NCBI GenBank assembly: GCA_016932785.1
Contig: JAFGCJ010000002.1
Span: 81,777 to 145,776 of the forward strand
Source of the DNA: Candidatus Dojkabacteria bacterium
GTDB taxonomy: Bacteria; Patescibacteriota; Dojkabacteria; SC72; JAFGCJ01
DNA: 64,000 nt
Direction: 5' to 3'
The translations under genes were made by a program, and so were the position numbers. Each line of letters opens with the position of its first letter. Within the stretch, counting starts at the first letter, position 1. The notes under the pieces are model-generated. The model was given only the letters and a program-made list of their open reading frames with translations. It did not search any database and was not told the origin of the DNA. Of this stretch, positions 45,396 through 55,400 are shown piece by piece.

Positions 45396-46715
45396 TTATG
45401 GTAATAGGGATTTTACCCAGTTTACAATGTTATTCAACAAACCTGAACCAGGAAATCCACCTTCCTTTCCGCCTCCTCCACCTTGCATAATGTCAACATC
45501 TTCAACCATTGCGTGGCGAATCAGACCTTGAGCCGAAGCATATGCTGGGCTTGATATCTCTTCAACCATTCCAGCCAATCCTGTCGGATTTCCAACTCTT
45601 GAAGGAACACCAAAAGATTTTTGAGCAACTTTGGTAAGTTCGTACAGATCCGCACTTCCTCCAGTTACAACGACTCCTGCCGGCATTGATACGTCGAAAC
45701 CTGCCTGACTAACTTGATTGGAAATCATTTCGAAAATTTCTTCTAGCCTTGCTTCAACGATTTGTTTATATGTTGTTTTGGATAATGTCTCTTGGTCTTT
45801 TATTCCTAGTGACGCGATATTCATCTCATCTTTATTATCAGGCTTTTCTTCTTCCTTATTTTCTTCTTTTCTTCTCTCTAGTGCTGGTTTATCAAGATCT
45901 TCATGCTTTTCTCGACTCTCGGAAGACTGAAGTAGTTTCTGGAAATTAACTTTTATCTTTTCTGCGTCTTCTAATGAAATCTGAAGTCCGATAGCAAGAT
46001 CACTCGTAACATTTAAACCTCCAAGTGGGACACATCCGCTATAGGTAATTGCACCTTCCTGAAATATTGAAATACTTGTTGTTCCGCCACCGATATCGAG
46101 GAGGGTAACTCCTAATTCCTTCTCGGTATCTGTTAGAACCGACTGTGAGGATGCCCACCCATTAAATACGATGTCGTCTACGGCAAGGCCGCAATTCTGT
46201 ATACATTTTACAAGATTTTGAAGCGCGGTAGTCGTCGCAGAAATGATATGAGTATCAACTTCAAGTCTTGAACCTGACATACCGATTGGGTCCTTAATCC
46301 CACCTTCCGAATCAACTAAAAATTCACGGGGAATTATGTGCAGTATTTCACGTGATGGAGGAATTGAAATCGTTCGGGCGTTTTCTATTGCCCTAAAAGT
46401 ATCATCTTCTGAAATCTCTTCCTGGGATACTGCAACAACTCCACGACTGTTAATACTGGTAATGTGTTTGCCTCCAATCGATGCGTATACACTTGAAACA
46501 GTAATGCCAGCCATTCTTTCTGCAGCAGCTAAACTCTCTGCTATTGCATTTGTCGCCTCGTCGATATTGACGATGACACCTTTTTTGACTCCAGCGCTTG
46601 GATGACTGTAAACACCAATAACTTGCGGTTTTTCATTTCCCTCTGAGACAGCCGCAATAATGGTACATACTTTACTAGATCCAACGTCTAACGCGGTAAT
46701 TATTCTTTTAGCCAT
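45396..46715 (-). CDS. ftsA: Cell division protein FtsA (actin-like ATPase)
   Basis: ALDVGSSKV, LLDIGGGTTSISIF, VVVTGGSA. Carries an acidic insertion (KHEDLDKPALERRKEENKEEEKPDNKDE). Confidence 0.9.
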   Translation of the reverse strand: MAKRIITALDVGSSKVCTIIAAVSEGNEKPQVIGVYSHPSAGVKKGVIVNIDEATNAIAESLAAAERMAGITVSSVYASIGGKHITSINSRGVVAVSQEEISEDDTFRAIENARTISIPPSREILHIIPREFLVDSEGGIKDPIGMSGSRLEVDTHIISATTTALQNLVKCIQNCGLAVDDIVFNGWASSQSVLTDTEKELGVTLLDIGGGTTSISIFQEGAITYSGCVPLGGLNVTSDLAIGLQISLEDAEKIKVNFQKLLQSSESREKHEDLDKPALERRKEENKEEEKPDNKDEMNIASLGIKDQETLSKTTYKQIVEARLEEIFEMISNQVSQAGFDVSMPAGVVVTGGSADLYELTKVAQKSFGVPSRVGNPTGLAGMVEEISSPAYASAQGLIRHAMVEDVDIMQGGGGGKEGGFPGSGLLNNIVNWVKSLLP

Positions 46716-46805
46716 ATATCTATCATATTCAAATTGAGCAGTTTTTTCAACCTCTATTTTTGTATAGCAGTCACCACGTAAAGGTCACCGTCAAGGTTGG
46801 TGTTT

Positions 46806-47663
46806 CTATTCTGTCACCCAATCGGTGTATTTGTCAACTCTTATAACTGGTCTTTCATAGCGAAGATCAATTTCTTTATAGGATTTATTCTTTAAAACAA
46901 GGTTTTCTCTTGTCGTGATGAAGTCTGAAATCTGATCGTTAACTGCTTTATCGGTGGTGAAAACTGCACGAGTATTGTCTTCGAATACCAGAACCACAAC
47001 GTGTGACTGCGGAATAAAAGATTTCAAAACATTGAGATCGATATTCTGTTCTTTTATTTCTTCAAGTATTTTTATTAACGACTCTACCTCAATCGATCTG
47101 TAGGTTGACGCTATCTCTTTCGAATTCAATAAAGTCACCTCGCATGTAGGTAAACCGGCTGCAACATTTGGAAGTTCATTGCAATCTGTAAGGATCTTAT
47201 TCTGGTCATCAATTAGGATACAGTTCTGTTCATCATCTGATGTTTGTTCTTCATTGTTTGCAACTATTTTAATTAGTGGGGTTCTCTCTATAATTTTTAC
47301 ACTTAGGGTACTTGGAAACCTCTTTGAAACATATACTTCCTTAATAAATGAAAACCTTGAACTAAGATCATCTTGAATTTGCTGATTATCAACAAGAAAG
47401 ATTCTCTGGCCTATATGTTCTTCAACGATATCTCTAATATCCTGTTCATCTATATATGTTAATGCTGAAGCGTTATCTTTGCCGGAATCTTTTACATTTG
47501 GCGATCTAATTTCGACTGTGTCAATAAAGAAAATATTCAGATTTGAAATCAAGTAGAGAACCAAAGCAGCAAACAATATTAAAAGGATAACCTTGAGGAT
47601 CTTAAAAATAAGAGTGGTTTTAATTTTTCGATAAATTTTGATCAAATTCTCGGGAATTTTCAT
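46806..47663 (-). CDS. ftsQ: FtsQ/DivIB-like cell division protein
   Basis: One N-terminal TM helix (ILKVILLILFAALVLYLI), a POTRA-like segment (FFIDTVEIRS...), and its position upstream of ftsA. Confidence 0.6.
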   Translation of the reverse strand: MKIPENLIKIYRKIKTTLIFKILKVILLILFAALVLYLISNLNIFFIDTVEIRSPNVKDSGKDNASALTYIDEQDIRDIVEEHIGQRIFLVDNQQIQDDLSSRFSFIKEVYVSKRFPSTLSVKIIERTPLIKIVANNEEQTSDDEQNCILIDDQNKILTDCNELPNVAAGLPTCEVTLLNSKEIASTYRSIEVESLIKILEEIKEQNIDLNVLKSFIPQSHVVVLVFEDNTRAVFTTDKAVNDQISDFITTRENLVLKNKSYKEIDLRYERPVIRVDKYTDWVTE

Positions 47664-47926
47664 ATTCTCATCTTATATTAAATACTTCATAAGCACAAAA
47701 CAATGAGAGACCCGTAGAGTTTATCTGTAACTTTGTTAAAAGGTAAATGTACGGTTAATTGCCACCAATAAGTGTCGATAAATACAGACAACAATTTAAT
47801 ATGAATAGATCTTCTATAATAGTGATTTTTTAGTAAAAATATTATATAATGACGACGTCCTTTAACAGAATCCCTACGACTTGACTATGACAACTATAAG
47901 ATGTCGTAAAATAATGGAGGTGCGTC

Positions 47927-48517
47927 ATGAAACGAATCGCTCTGACTGTTTTTCCTGCACTGCTTCTAGCAATCGCGTTAACCATCGTATTTCAGCCCGG
48001 CGTGAAGGCCGACCAGGATCTGGTCACAACTCCCTTGGAAATTCTCGAACAGAAAGCTTATGACGACATAACAATAACAATCTCTTACAATGATCAAAGC
48101 AATGACATGTTTCTTACGTTCGAGTCAACAAATGAAGAGCTGGAACTCCTCGGCTTTTCTATAGCCGGAGTCTACTACACCAATGGAACGAAGGCAGGAG
48201 AGATCCCCTGCGGAACAAGGCTGATTGAGACCGAGGGAAACGTGGGTAATCCATATGTTGGATTTTCATCTTATCTGTCTGAGACTATTTCGGAGACCGT
48301 CTTTGCTCCTGTTACAATTACGGTCGAGGCACCCGCTGCAATTACATACCAGTTGTCTTACCTGCAATACTACGAGCACCTGGTTGTCTCGCACGTCGAA
48401 ACAGATGGGTACGTATGGATACCGATACAAGAGGCGGAATGGAGGTATACAGACGACCACTTCGTAGGGTTGGTCGATCGATCGATCTTCTTACCCCTCG
48501 TCCTTCGAGAGGACTGA
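47927..48517 (+). CDS. Secreted protein, function unknown
   Basis: SD GGAGGTG lies 5 nt upstream of the ATG. Signal peptide MKRIALTVFPALLLAIALTIVFQPGVKA. No recognisable domain. Confidence 0.6.
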   Translation: MKRIALTVFPALLLAIALTIVFQPGVKADQDLVTTPLEILEQKAYDDITITISYNDQSNDMFLTFESTNEELELLGFSIAGVYYTNGTKAGEIPCGTRLIETEGNVGNPYVGFSSYLSETISETVFAPVTITVEAPAAITYQLSYLQYYEHLVVSHVETDGYVWIPIQEAEWRYTDDHFVGLVDRSIFLPLVLRED

Positions 48518-48539
48518 AGTTAAAGGACACTGCCCAGGT

Positions 48540-48588
48540 ACCGGACGGACAGGCACTACGCCTTTCTACATCAACGTCCGTCCGGTAT
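48540..48588 (+). terminator. Perfect 12-bp GC-rich long-loop hairpin
   Basis: TACCGGACGGAC (48540-48551) / GTCCGTCCGGTA (48577-48588), 25-nt loop, no U-tract. Confidence 0.4.
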
Positions 48589-48790
48589 CGAGCAAAATAA
48601 TTATTTATATCCCTTGTTTAAAACACGGTATTTTTCCACTTTTATTGACCAACTTAGGAAACCTTTTACTACAATAAGGTAACAGCACGTGAACGTTTGT
48701 GGAAATGCCATGCTAGCCGGAGCGAGGGAACACCACTACCCCTTGAGTAACGTGATTGCTGCTCGTAGTTGCTCTTTTCACTCGCAAACG

Positions 48791-48864
48791 AGCGAGAGAC
48801 GGGAGTCGAACCCGCGACCTTCACTTTGGCAAAGTGACGTTCTAGCCAACTGAACTACTCTCGC
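48791..48864 (-). tRNA. tRNA-Gly (GCC)
   Basis: Acceptor GCGAGAG/CTCTCGC, D-arm GTTC AGTTGGCTA GAAC, anticodon stem TCACT/AGTGA with loop TTGCCAA. Confidence 0.9.
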
Positions 48865-48916
48865 AGAACATCAAAGTCAAAAAAGAGCTTATCAGATAAT
48901 CATTTCAAAAACAAAA

Positions 48917-48989
48917 TGCCGAGGACCAGAATCGAACTGGTGACCCTACGATTTTCAGTCGTATGCTCTACCAACTGAGCTACCTCGGC
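48917..48989 (-). tRNA. tRNA-Phe (GAA)
   Basis: Acceptor GCCGAGG/CCTCGGC, D-arm GCTC AGTTGGTA GAGC, anticodon stem TACGA/TCGTA with loop CTGAAAA. Confidence 0.9.
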
Positions 48990-49084
48990 TTCCTGGTAAA
49001 TATGCCAGCAAAATTGTTACATGTCAATATTTTCAAGGAGTTATAGTTTGTACATCTATTAATGTTTGATTATAATCGCAATTA

Positions 49085-50170
49085 ATGGAAATCATCTCTC
49101 ACAAAGACCCTGACGTTATTAATAGGTCTGTTCAAGTACTCAAGGATGGAGGTGTTCTAGTTTATCCAACAGAAACATGCTACGGACTTGGAGTTGATTC
49201 AACGAATAAGTCTGCTGTTGACAAACTTCTCAAGTATAAGGCACGCAGAGAAGGAAAACCATTGTCGATTGCGGTATCAGGTAAAGAGATGGCATCTGAA
49301 TATGTTGAAATTAATGAAATCGCAGATAATCTTTATGATAATTATCTTCCTGGGCCGATAACAGTTGTTTCTAGAGGTAAATGTCATGTAGCAGAGGGAG
49401 TTGAATCCGAATATGGAACCCTTGGCATTAGAGTCCCTGACTATCCTCTTATTCTTGAAATTGTTAAAAGACTGGGTAAACCAATCACGGCAACCTCGGC
49501 TAATGTTTCTTACCAGAAAAGGCCATACAGTATTAATGATTTGCTTGAAGATCTTCCTAAAAAGCAGGCTCAATTGATCGACCTGATTATCAATGCCGGT
49601 ACATTGCCCAAAAATGATGTCTCGACTGTCGTAGATACAACCCTCAATACACTGAACATTATGCGCCAAGGAAAACAGAAGTTCAAAGAGGTTGGTCTTA
49701 GAGTTCTTCACGCAAAAACAAAATCAGCTGAAGACACAATAAACCTTGGCTCTATGATAATTCTTAAATACCTAAATGATCTCAAATTTAAAGCCCTTCT
49801 GATTGCTCTTGGCGGCGAGCTCGGTTCAGGAAAAACCCAACTTACAAAGGGAATAGCAAGGCAGCTCCAAATCGACCGGGTTATCAAATCGCCGACCTAC
49901 ACATTAATCAGCGAATACCAATATTCACTTGATAGTCTAAGAGGAGACCTAATACACATCGATACTTGGCGTCTTGGTGACGAAAAGGAATTCAATGCAC
50001 TAAACTTGGAAAATTTCATTAAACCTCAAAACGTTATCGTAGTCGAGTGGGCTGACAAGTTTTACAATTTGCTGTCGACTTTCACAAATAAAGAACAACT
50101 GATAATACTAAAAGTGCGATTTAAACATTTGTCTATGACAGAACGTGAAATCATTGTTGAATTAGTATAA
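49085..50170 (+). CDS. Fusion of TsaC/YrdC (threonylcarbamoyl-AMP synthase) and TsaE (t6A ATPase)
   Basis: N-terminal half: VLVYPTETCYGLGVDSTNKSAVDKLLKYKARREGKPLSIAV...PITATSANVS (YrdC). C-terminal half: LIALGGELGSGKTQLTKGIARQL...SPTYTLISEY...IHIDTWRL...VVEWADK (TsaE P-loop and signature). Confidence 0.8.
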   Translation: MEIISHKDPDVINRSVQVLKDGGVLVYPTETCYGLGVDSTNKSAVDKLLKYKARREGKPLSIAVSGKEMASEYVEINEIADNLYDNYLPGPITVVSRGKCHVAEGVESEYGTLGIRVPDYPLILEIVKRLGKPITATSANVSYQKRPYSINDLLEDLPKKQAQLIDLIINAGTLPKNDVSTVVDTTLNTLNIMRQGKQKFKEVGLRVLHAKTKSAEDTINLGSMIILKYLNDLKFKALLIALGGELGSGKTQLTKGIARQLQIDRVIKSPTYTLISEYQYSLDSLRGDLIHIDTWRLGDEKEFNALNLENFIKPQNVIVVEWADKFYNLLSTFTNKEQLIILKVRFKHLSMTEREIIVELV

Positions 50171-50216
50171 TTTAACTGATATATTTATTAATACATAAAA
50201 TTATTTACAACAAAGA

Positions 50217-51020
50217 ATGTTTTTCCTCAAAAGTTTAGTCTTCACGATTTTCTCTCCCAAATTTTACAAAGAGGCTCTGGACAAGGGACCGAAAAAGGCT
50301 TGGGGAGTCTATGCACTTTTTTCTGTTCTGATTACGCTCGTAATATTCTTATACTTTGCAATAGATATGGGTATCTCTCTCTACAAGATGCCTGATGAAA
50401 TAGAAGATTTCCCCGAAATATCCTATGAAAACAACGAGCTTACGGTAGAATCAGACAAACCGTTAGAGTTCATTGAGGGTGGACAATATATTGGCGTAGA
50501 TACTACCGGACAGCTTCAGGAAATTCCTGTGGGATATAATGAAGGATTTCTCATAACAAAAGATTCTATGATCATTAGATCTGAAGATGCACGTGGTGAT
50601 CAGGTTATTGAATATAGTCAACTGGAGATAGATTCTTTCTCACTCGATGAAGAAAAAGTAGAGAGTCTTATCAGTACTTTAGGAATTGCAGTTATTCTTG
50701 TTTCACCATTTGTCATATTTTTGGCAGAATTTGTAGGACGACTTATTTCGGTGTTTTTGATCTCTCTACTTGGCTTGATAGTCCTTAGCATAATGAAGCA
50801 AAAGGACTCGTTCAAAAAGAGCTTCTTTATAGCGATGTACGCTTCAATACCTGTTTTCTATCTGAACTTGTTATCAAAATTATTCAACTGGGCTACCCAG
50901 GAGCTTTTTGACTTTACTGTAGGATCAATATGTTGCCTGGTGCCAATAATAATTTGGGTCGTTAAATGGGGAATATTCTGGGGCATAGGTGCATACGGTG
51001 TAAAAGAGTCTTCGGAGTAG
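50217..51020 (+). CDS. Membrane protein (possibly DUF1189-like)
   Basis: 267 aa. One N-terminal TM helix, an extracytoplasmic segment of about 90 aa, then 4 TM helices. The family guess is weak. Confidence 0.45.
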   Translation: MFFLKSLVFTIFSPKFYKEALDKGPKKAWGVYALFSVLITLVIFLYFAIDMGISLYKMPDEIEDFPEISYENNELTVESDKPLEFIEGGQYIGVDTTGQLQEIPVGYNEGFLITKDSMIIRSEDARGDQVIEYSQLEIDSFSLDEEKVESLISTLGIAVILVSPFVIFLAEFVGRLISVFLISLLGLIVLSIMKQKDSFKKSFFIAMYASIPVFYLNLLSKLFNWATQELFDFTVGSICCLVPIIIWVVKWGIFWGIGAYGVKESSE

Positions 51021-52160
51021 CTAAAAGATTTTTTGAAGACCATTCAACCAAAAGTTTATTGAAACCAAAATAAGAGTTACTGTAGAGATAATAGACATTA
51101 AACCAAATAGTACGAAAGCAAGACTCTTTGTTCTTCTTTTTCCTTCACCTTTAAGAAGCTGCATAATTGAAAGCATACCTTTTTCCTTGAGGTTGGTCTC
51201 CCCTATTAAATCCATAAGAATGTAGTAACCATCAAACTCGATAAAAGGTATTAGGTTTATCCCTATAGAAACAAGGTTTATAAAGATAAATAAGTTAGAA
51301 ATTTGTGCCAGTAAATCACTTTTTGTGAAAAACCTTAACCAACCAAATATTCCGGCAATAATTATATCCATAAGTACCCCCGAGATATCAATTACTAGAC
51401 GTTGCTTTTTAGGAAGTGACCATGCATTTGTTGTATTAACATAGAAGATTGGATAACCTAAAAAAAGGCTAAAGCCTACACTGCTCGGTTTTAGCCCATA
51501 TTTCATTGATGCTAGTGCATGACCTAGTTCATGAAAAAAGATCGAGAAAAAACATAATACAATTGTTGTTAAGGCATTCCCAATCGATCCAACGTCATTA
51601 TTTATCCAATAGGCTTTATTTCCTGCAAAAAGAAATGCGACAACAAGACCAGCAATCGAAATAAGAACTAAAAAAACAGTGGTATATTGCGAAATTATGA
51701 AAGAAACAACCCTGTAAATCCAGAAGACCAAGCGACGTGCAATTCCTATATCTATCCTATAATTTATTATTCTTGATATCTTCTGGAAAATGTTTTGCGG
51801 TTTGACAATATTTCTATTAATCTTTCTGTACATAGACATATCAACATCAAGAAGACCCAATTCACACCATTCATTAATTAGGTAACGAATGTACTCTGTT
51901 CCTACACTATCATACTCTTGAAAATACCAAACGTTTATTTCTTTGAGACTCAGTCCTGCCTCTATCTGTCTCCAGATAAACGCCTCCTTTTCTTCAAGAA
52001 GTAAACATTTTTGATCATCCTTTATAATGATTAGTGGATATTTCTTACGACCCTTCTTTTTACTTTCAGATTCGTTTTGAACCGATTTAACATTAGAGTC
52101 GACCTTGATTTTGATCTCTTGAGATCGTGTTTTTTCAGAAATTTTTTTGTAAATATCCAT
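51021..52160 (-). CDS. PqqD/RRE-like domain fused to an M50-type (site-2-protease-like) membrane metalloprotease
   Basis: Residues ~40-105 (YPLIIIKDDQKCLLLEEKEAFIWRQIEAGLSLKEINVWYFQEYDSVGTEYIRYLINEWCELGLL) align by eye with PqqD (LNETAAAILELVDGRRDVAAII..VVEFLQ). This is followed by about 6 TM helices with HELGHAL (HExxH) and a late FDGYYIL motif. Confidence 0.55.
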   Translation of the reverse strand: MDIYKKISEKTRSQEIKIKVDSNVKSVQNESESKKKGRKKYPLIIIKDDQKCLLLEEKEAFIWRQIEAGLSLKEINVWYFQEYDSVGTEYIRYLINEWCELGLLDVDMSMYRKINRNIVKPQNIFQKISRIINYRIDIGIARRLVFWIYRVVSFIISQYTTVFLVLISIAGLVVAFLFAGNKAYWINNDVGSIGNALTTIVLCFFSIFFHELGHALASMKYGLKPSSVGFSLFLGYPIFYVNTTNAWSLPKKQRLVIDISGVLMDIIIAGIFGWLRFFTKSDLLAQISNLFIFINLVSIGINLIPFIEFDGYYILMDLIGETNLKEKGMLSIMQLLKGEGKRRTKSLAFVLFGLMSIISTVTLILVSINFWLNGLQKIF

Positions 52161-52372
52161 TACTCTGCTTCTGGCATTTCGATGGGTTTCATAACCGGAT
52201 TACACTTTCCACACCACATTGCATCTTCTACAACGATGAATTTTGGATCATCACGGTTTTCATCATATGCGGCAGATACGTAAGGTTTACACTTCTTGTG
52301 ATCATCACACAAACCTCGTCCACAGAACCTACATATAGCAACCGCAGTTTTTTTACAAAATGAGCACCTCAT
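52160..52372 (-). CDS. B-box / DUF2180-like zinc-finger protein (70 aa)
   Basis: MRCSFCKKTAVAICRFCGRGLCDDHKKC has C-x2-C-x7-C-x2-C-x4-C-x2-H-x2-C spacing. A second CGKC lies near the C-terminus. Its stop overlaps the next start (TAATG), suggesting translational coupling. Confidence 0.55.
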   Translation of the reverse strand: MRCSFCKKTAVAICRFCGRGLCDDHKKCKPYVSAAYDENRDDPKFIVVEDAMWCGKCNPVMKPIEMPEAE

Positions 52373-52402
52373 AGATTTATTTATAGGTCAAACGAAATTA
52401 TG

Positions 52403-52466
52403 TATAATTCAAAGCTGAACGTTTGCCGTCAAGTTCATAATAAATAATTGGACAGTGTCCGTCAAG
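52403..52466 (+). promoter_or_regulatory. Promoter -10 (TATAAT 52403-52408) and two CCGTCAAG direct repeats in the 5' region of the 1053-aa ORF
   Basis: ATGTATAAT at 52400-52408. CCGTCAAG at 52426-52433 and 52459-52466 (33-bp spacing), upstream of AGGAAG and ATG 52480. Confidence 0.3.
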
Positions 52467-52479
52467 CACAGGAAGACTT

Positions 52480-55400
52480 ATGAGCCAAAACGATACATTA
52501 GGACAAGAAATATATTGTGAAGAATGCCGAACAGCTTTCGAAAGACTTGAGGAAGTAGGAGTTGACCCTAATTCTTTTGACAGACATAATCCGGAATCTC
52601 TTATTTTCTTTAGTGAGGTACTTGGCAGAGTTAGGGCTGAACCGGCAGGAGAAGACCTATTTCAATGTATATCACAGCTTGACGCTGAAGACTGTATCAT
52701 TGAGTGCAAATACGGAGCAGCCATATCTATCGATAGAAGAAACAGTACCGACCAACTTGAGGGATCCCCCGCAAAAGCCACAGAAGAAATATGTACAGAC
52801 TTTGCTGAGGTGATTAACTTTGTTTACTGGTGGAATTGTGTTTACAAACAAGGTTGTCAGGACTTTAACCAGCAATTGCACATTACAGGTTATGGAGGTG
52901 ATTCTGTAACTATTGCCGGATGCCAAGAAGGAGTATTTTCCCTTGGGTTTCTGCTTTCGCAGACGCACAGTCTTAGAAAGATTATAGCTTTGAATCCTAA
53001 TTCATTTGATGCTGTTTTAGCAGATGAAAAGTGGATAAGCAGTTTCTGCGCCGTTCCTGTGAGATCCAATGGGCATCAGTCAATGATATTCTCTACAGAC
53101 TTCTATGCTCCTGATCTTTATGAGGCAATGAATCGCCACAAGAATAATGGTCCCGAAGAGATCTTGGGGACAGGGATCATTTTAGACGGGGATGTTAGAG
53201 AATTTGAAGAGCAACATGAAGACACAGGAATAATAGATCAGTATTTATCGGCAAAATACAGACCATGTAAACTAGTGTCGAAACCAACAACGGATGTCAT
53301 AACCGCTACGGCAATTATCAAGGAAGAAGAGACAAATATCTGCCTTTCACAGGGAGATACTTTTTCTATTTCTGTAGAAAATAAAGCGTCGGTTTTGGAC
53401 TGGATCAGCGGTGCCATTAGCCAAGTATCCAAGCTGTTTGAATCTTCACAAAATGGTGGATCAAGAATCCCGTATGTAACAATTTGGGAAACGACAAGAA
53501 AAGTTAGCGCCGCCCTCGCACCATTTGCGGATAGATTTGATTTCACAATAAAATCTGAAGGCGCAAAAGTGATAGCGATTGCTTCACCATACCCAGATAT
53601 AGGATTCAACCCAATTAAAAATTTTGGAACCTCGCTACTAGCCTCAATGCCCTTTGCCAAAGTATCTGTACTCTCAGTGGTTGAACCCGGTAACATAAGA
53701 GCTACTGTTGGACCAGAGCTAACATTTATAGAAGGTCCAGAACAAATGTCATCCTCAAGAACAGGAATTCTGGGACATTCAATAGGATCATTTTCAACCA
53801 AAAAAGCTCTTATAGCTCTCTCTTCATCTGCCCGAACACTGTCTACTCTATGGGAACTAGACCCGGGAACCATGCTGGATCCTATTGCCAATATATTTCA
53901 TCGTGCAAAGGTTCAAGCAGCAATGAGTCCTTCTGATATGGTACCCCAAAAAGATATCGGTGAACCGGTAGCTACAATTAACCCCAGAAGAATATATCAA
54001 AGATTTCAACTATTAGGGCTGGCTCAGAGATATTCCTCCACATCAATAAGCCCGCTATCACTTCTTCAGGTGGCTGCTTTAGCCAGGCGCTCTTTAGTGA
54101 TAGACGAACAACTTGCCTTGGTATTGGGATATGGAACTGAAAACCAGTCTTTGATATTTGAACATGCACGCGAATTACAAATGAGGGGCTTGGTTTACGC
54201 CGATATATCTGCATCTGCTCATGAGCTTGTTGTACCGGGTGAAGTAAGGGCACTTTTGACATCTCAGCATAGCCCTGTAGGAAATGTGCCACTAGCCAAC
54301 TGGCTAGAAGTCCTCAGATGGCAAGGAATTGGGGCCTCAGAAAGTGCTTATGAGAAACTTAAGAACTCTCAACCAAATTTGATTGAAATTCTTTATCTTG
54401 CAAGAAGAGAGTCTCTACGGACATTGCTTCCGGACAGCCCGATGATTACTTTTGAAGATCCTGAATATGTTCTTGCTCTTATAAGAAGTCTCTCCAGAAA
54501 TGGAATTCGCCACAGGTTCAAGCCTGAGACACTTCTGGCACTGTCTGAATTTCCAGAGACTGAAGGAGATATACTTTGGAAAATTTTTCTCTATGCTTGT
54601 AGGGCAAATCTCGAAAGTGCTTTGACCCACTCCAAAATGATTGATACCTTAACCTTCATGCTATACGCAATAGATCAAATGGAAGTACTGGATCCAGAGG
54701 CTATTGAGACATTACTGGGTTGGGCGGCGGAAAAGTCCGGTCATTTTGAACCTCACAAACCAACAGAAGAGAGGACTCAACTTGAACTAGCCTGTTTACA
54801 GATAATTAGAAAAGTCCTTTCAATTATCGATGAATATGAAGGTGAAAACAAGAAAGAACTAGAGACCCTATATCTCGCACTATCAATGCAAGTTTATTTA
54901 TTACCACGAGACCCGCATGAACTTCTGGATCTAATTCATAAGGACATAGGAGAGTGTCTTGCCGAACTTAGAGGATGCCGTGCTCATCAATGGAGGATAG
55001 TTAGAATGGTCAACTATCTATCTACTCTTTCTAGTAAGTTTGAGACTCCTATTGAGATAGACGGTCATATATGCCGATCACCAGCTGAAGCAGCATTATT
55101 CCTTCTTGAAGGTCTTCAACCTTACCTTTCTGCAGATATTGTTGCGAGATACAGAGCAAATGCGGTTCCTGCTGTAGCATCAGTAGAGGATTATGAAAGT
55201 ACACCAGATACAAAGGACTGGAATGCCATTGATTACTCCGCTAGAGGAGTAATACTTGCTCTAGATACTGAGGACCCAGAAATAATACTAACAGCGATAA
55301 ACAATTTTCTGTTTGCGTGCGTAAATAGAACTGGAAATCACACGGCAGCACCTATACTAAGTCAAGTTCTTGATAGAAGAGAAGTCTTGATATTAACCAG

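Noticed and set aside
48600-48790. 190-bp spacer upstream of tRNA-Gly(GCC) with scattered short palindromes (CACGTG, GCTAGC). Considered as an SRP RNA, tmRNA, RNase P RNA or degraded tRNA.
   Set aside because: None of the conserved cores was found (SRP GGAAG/AGCA domain IV, RNase P GAGGAAAGUCC, tmRNA tRNA-like end), and I could build no convincing extended fold. Left unannotated.
53238-53891. 217-aa ORF antisense to the 1053-aa gene. Similar long antisense ORFs lie at 22020-22478, 44774-45142, 42147-42566 and 49277-49711.
   Set aside because: All lie entirely inside much longer ORFs on the opposite strand, several of which have clear homology-type motifs. They have no RBS or promoter and low-complexity, odd composition, so they are typical shadow ORFs.
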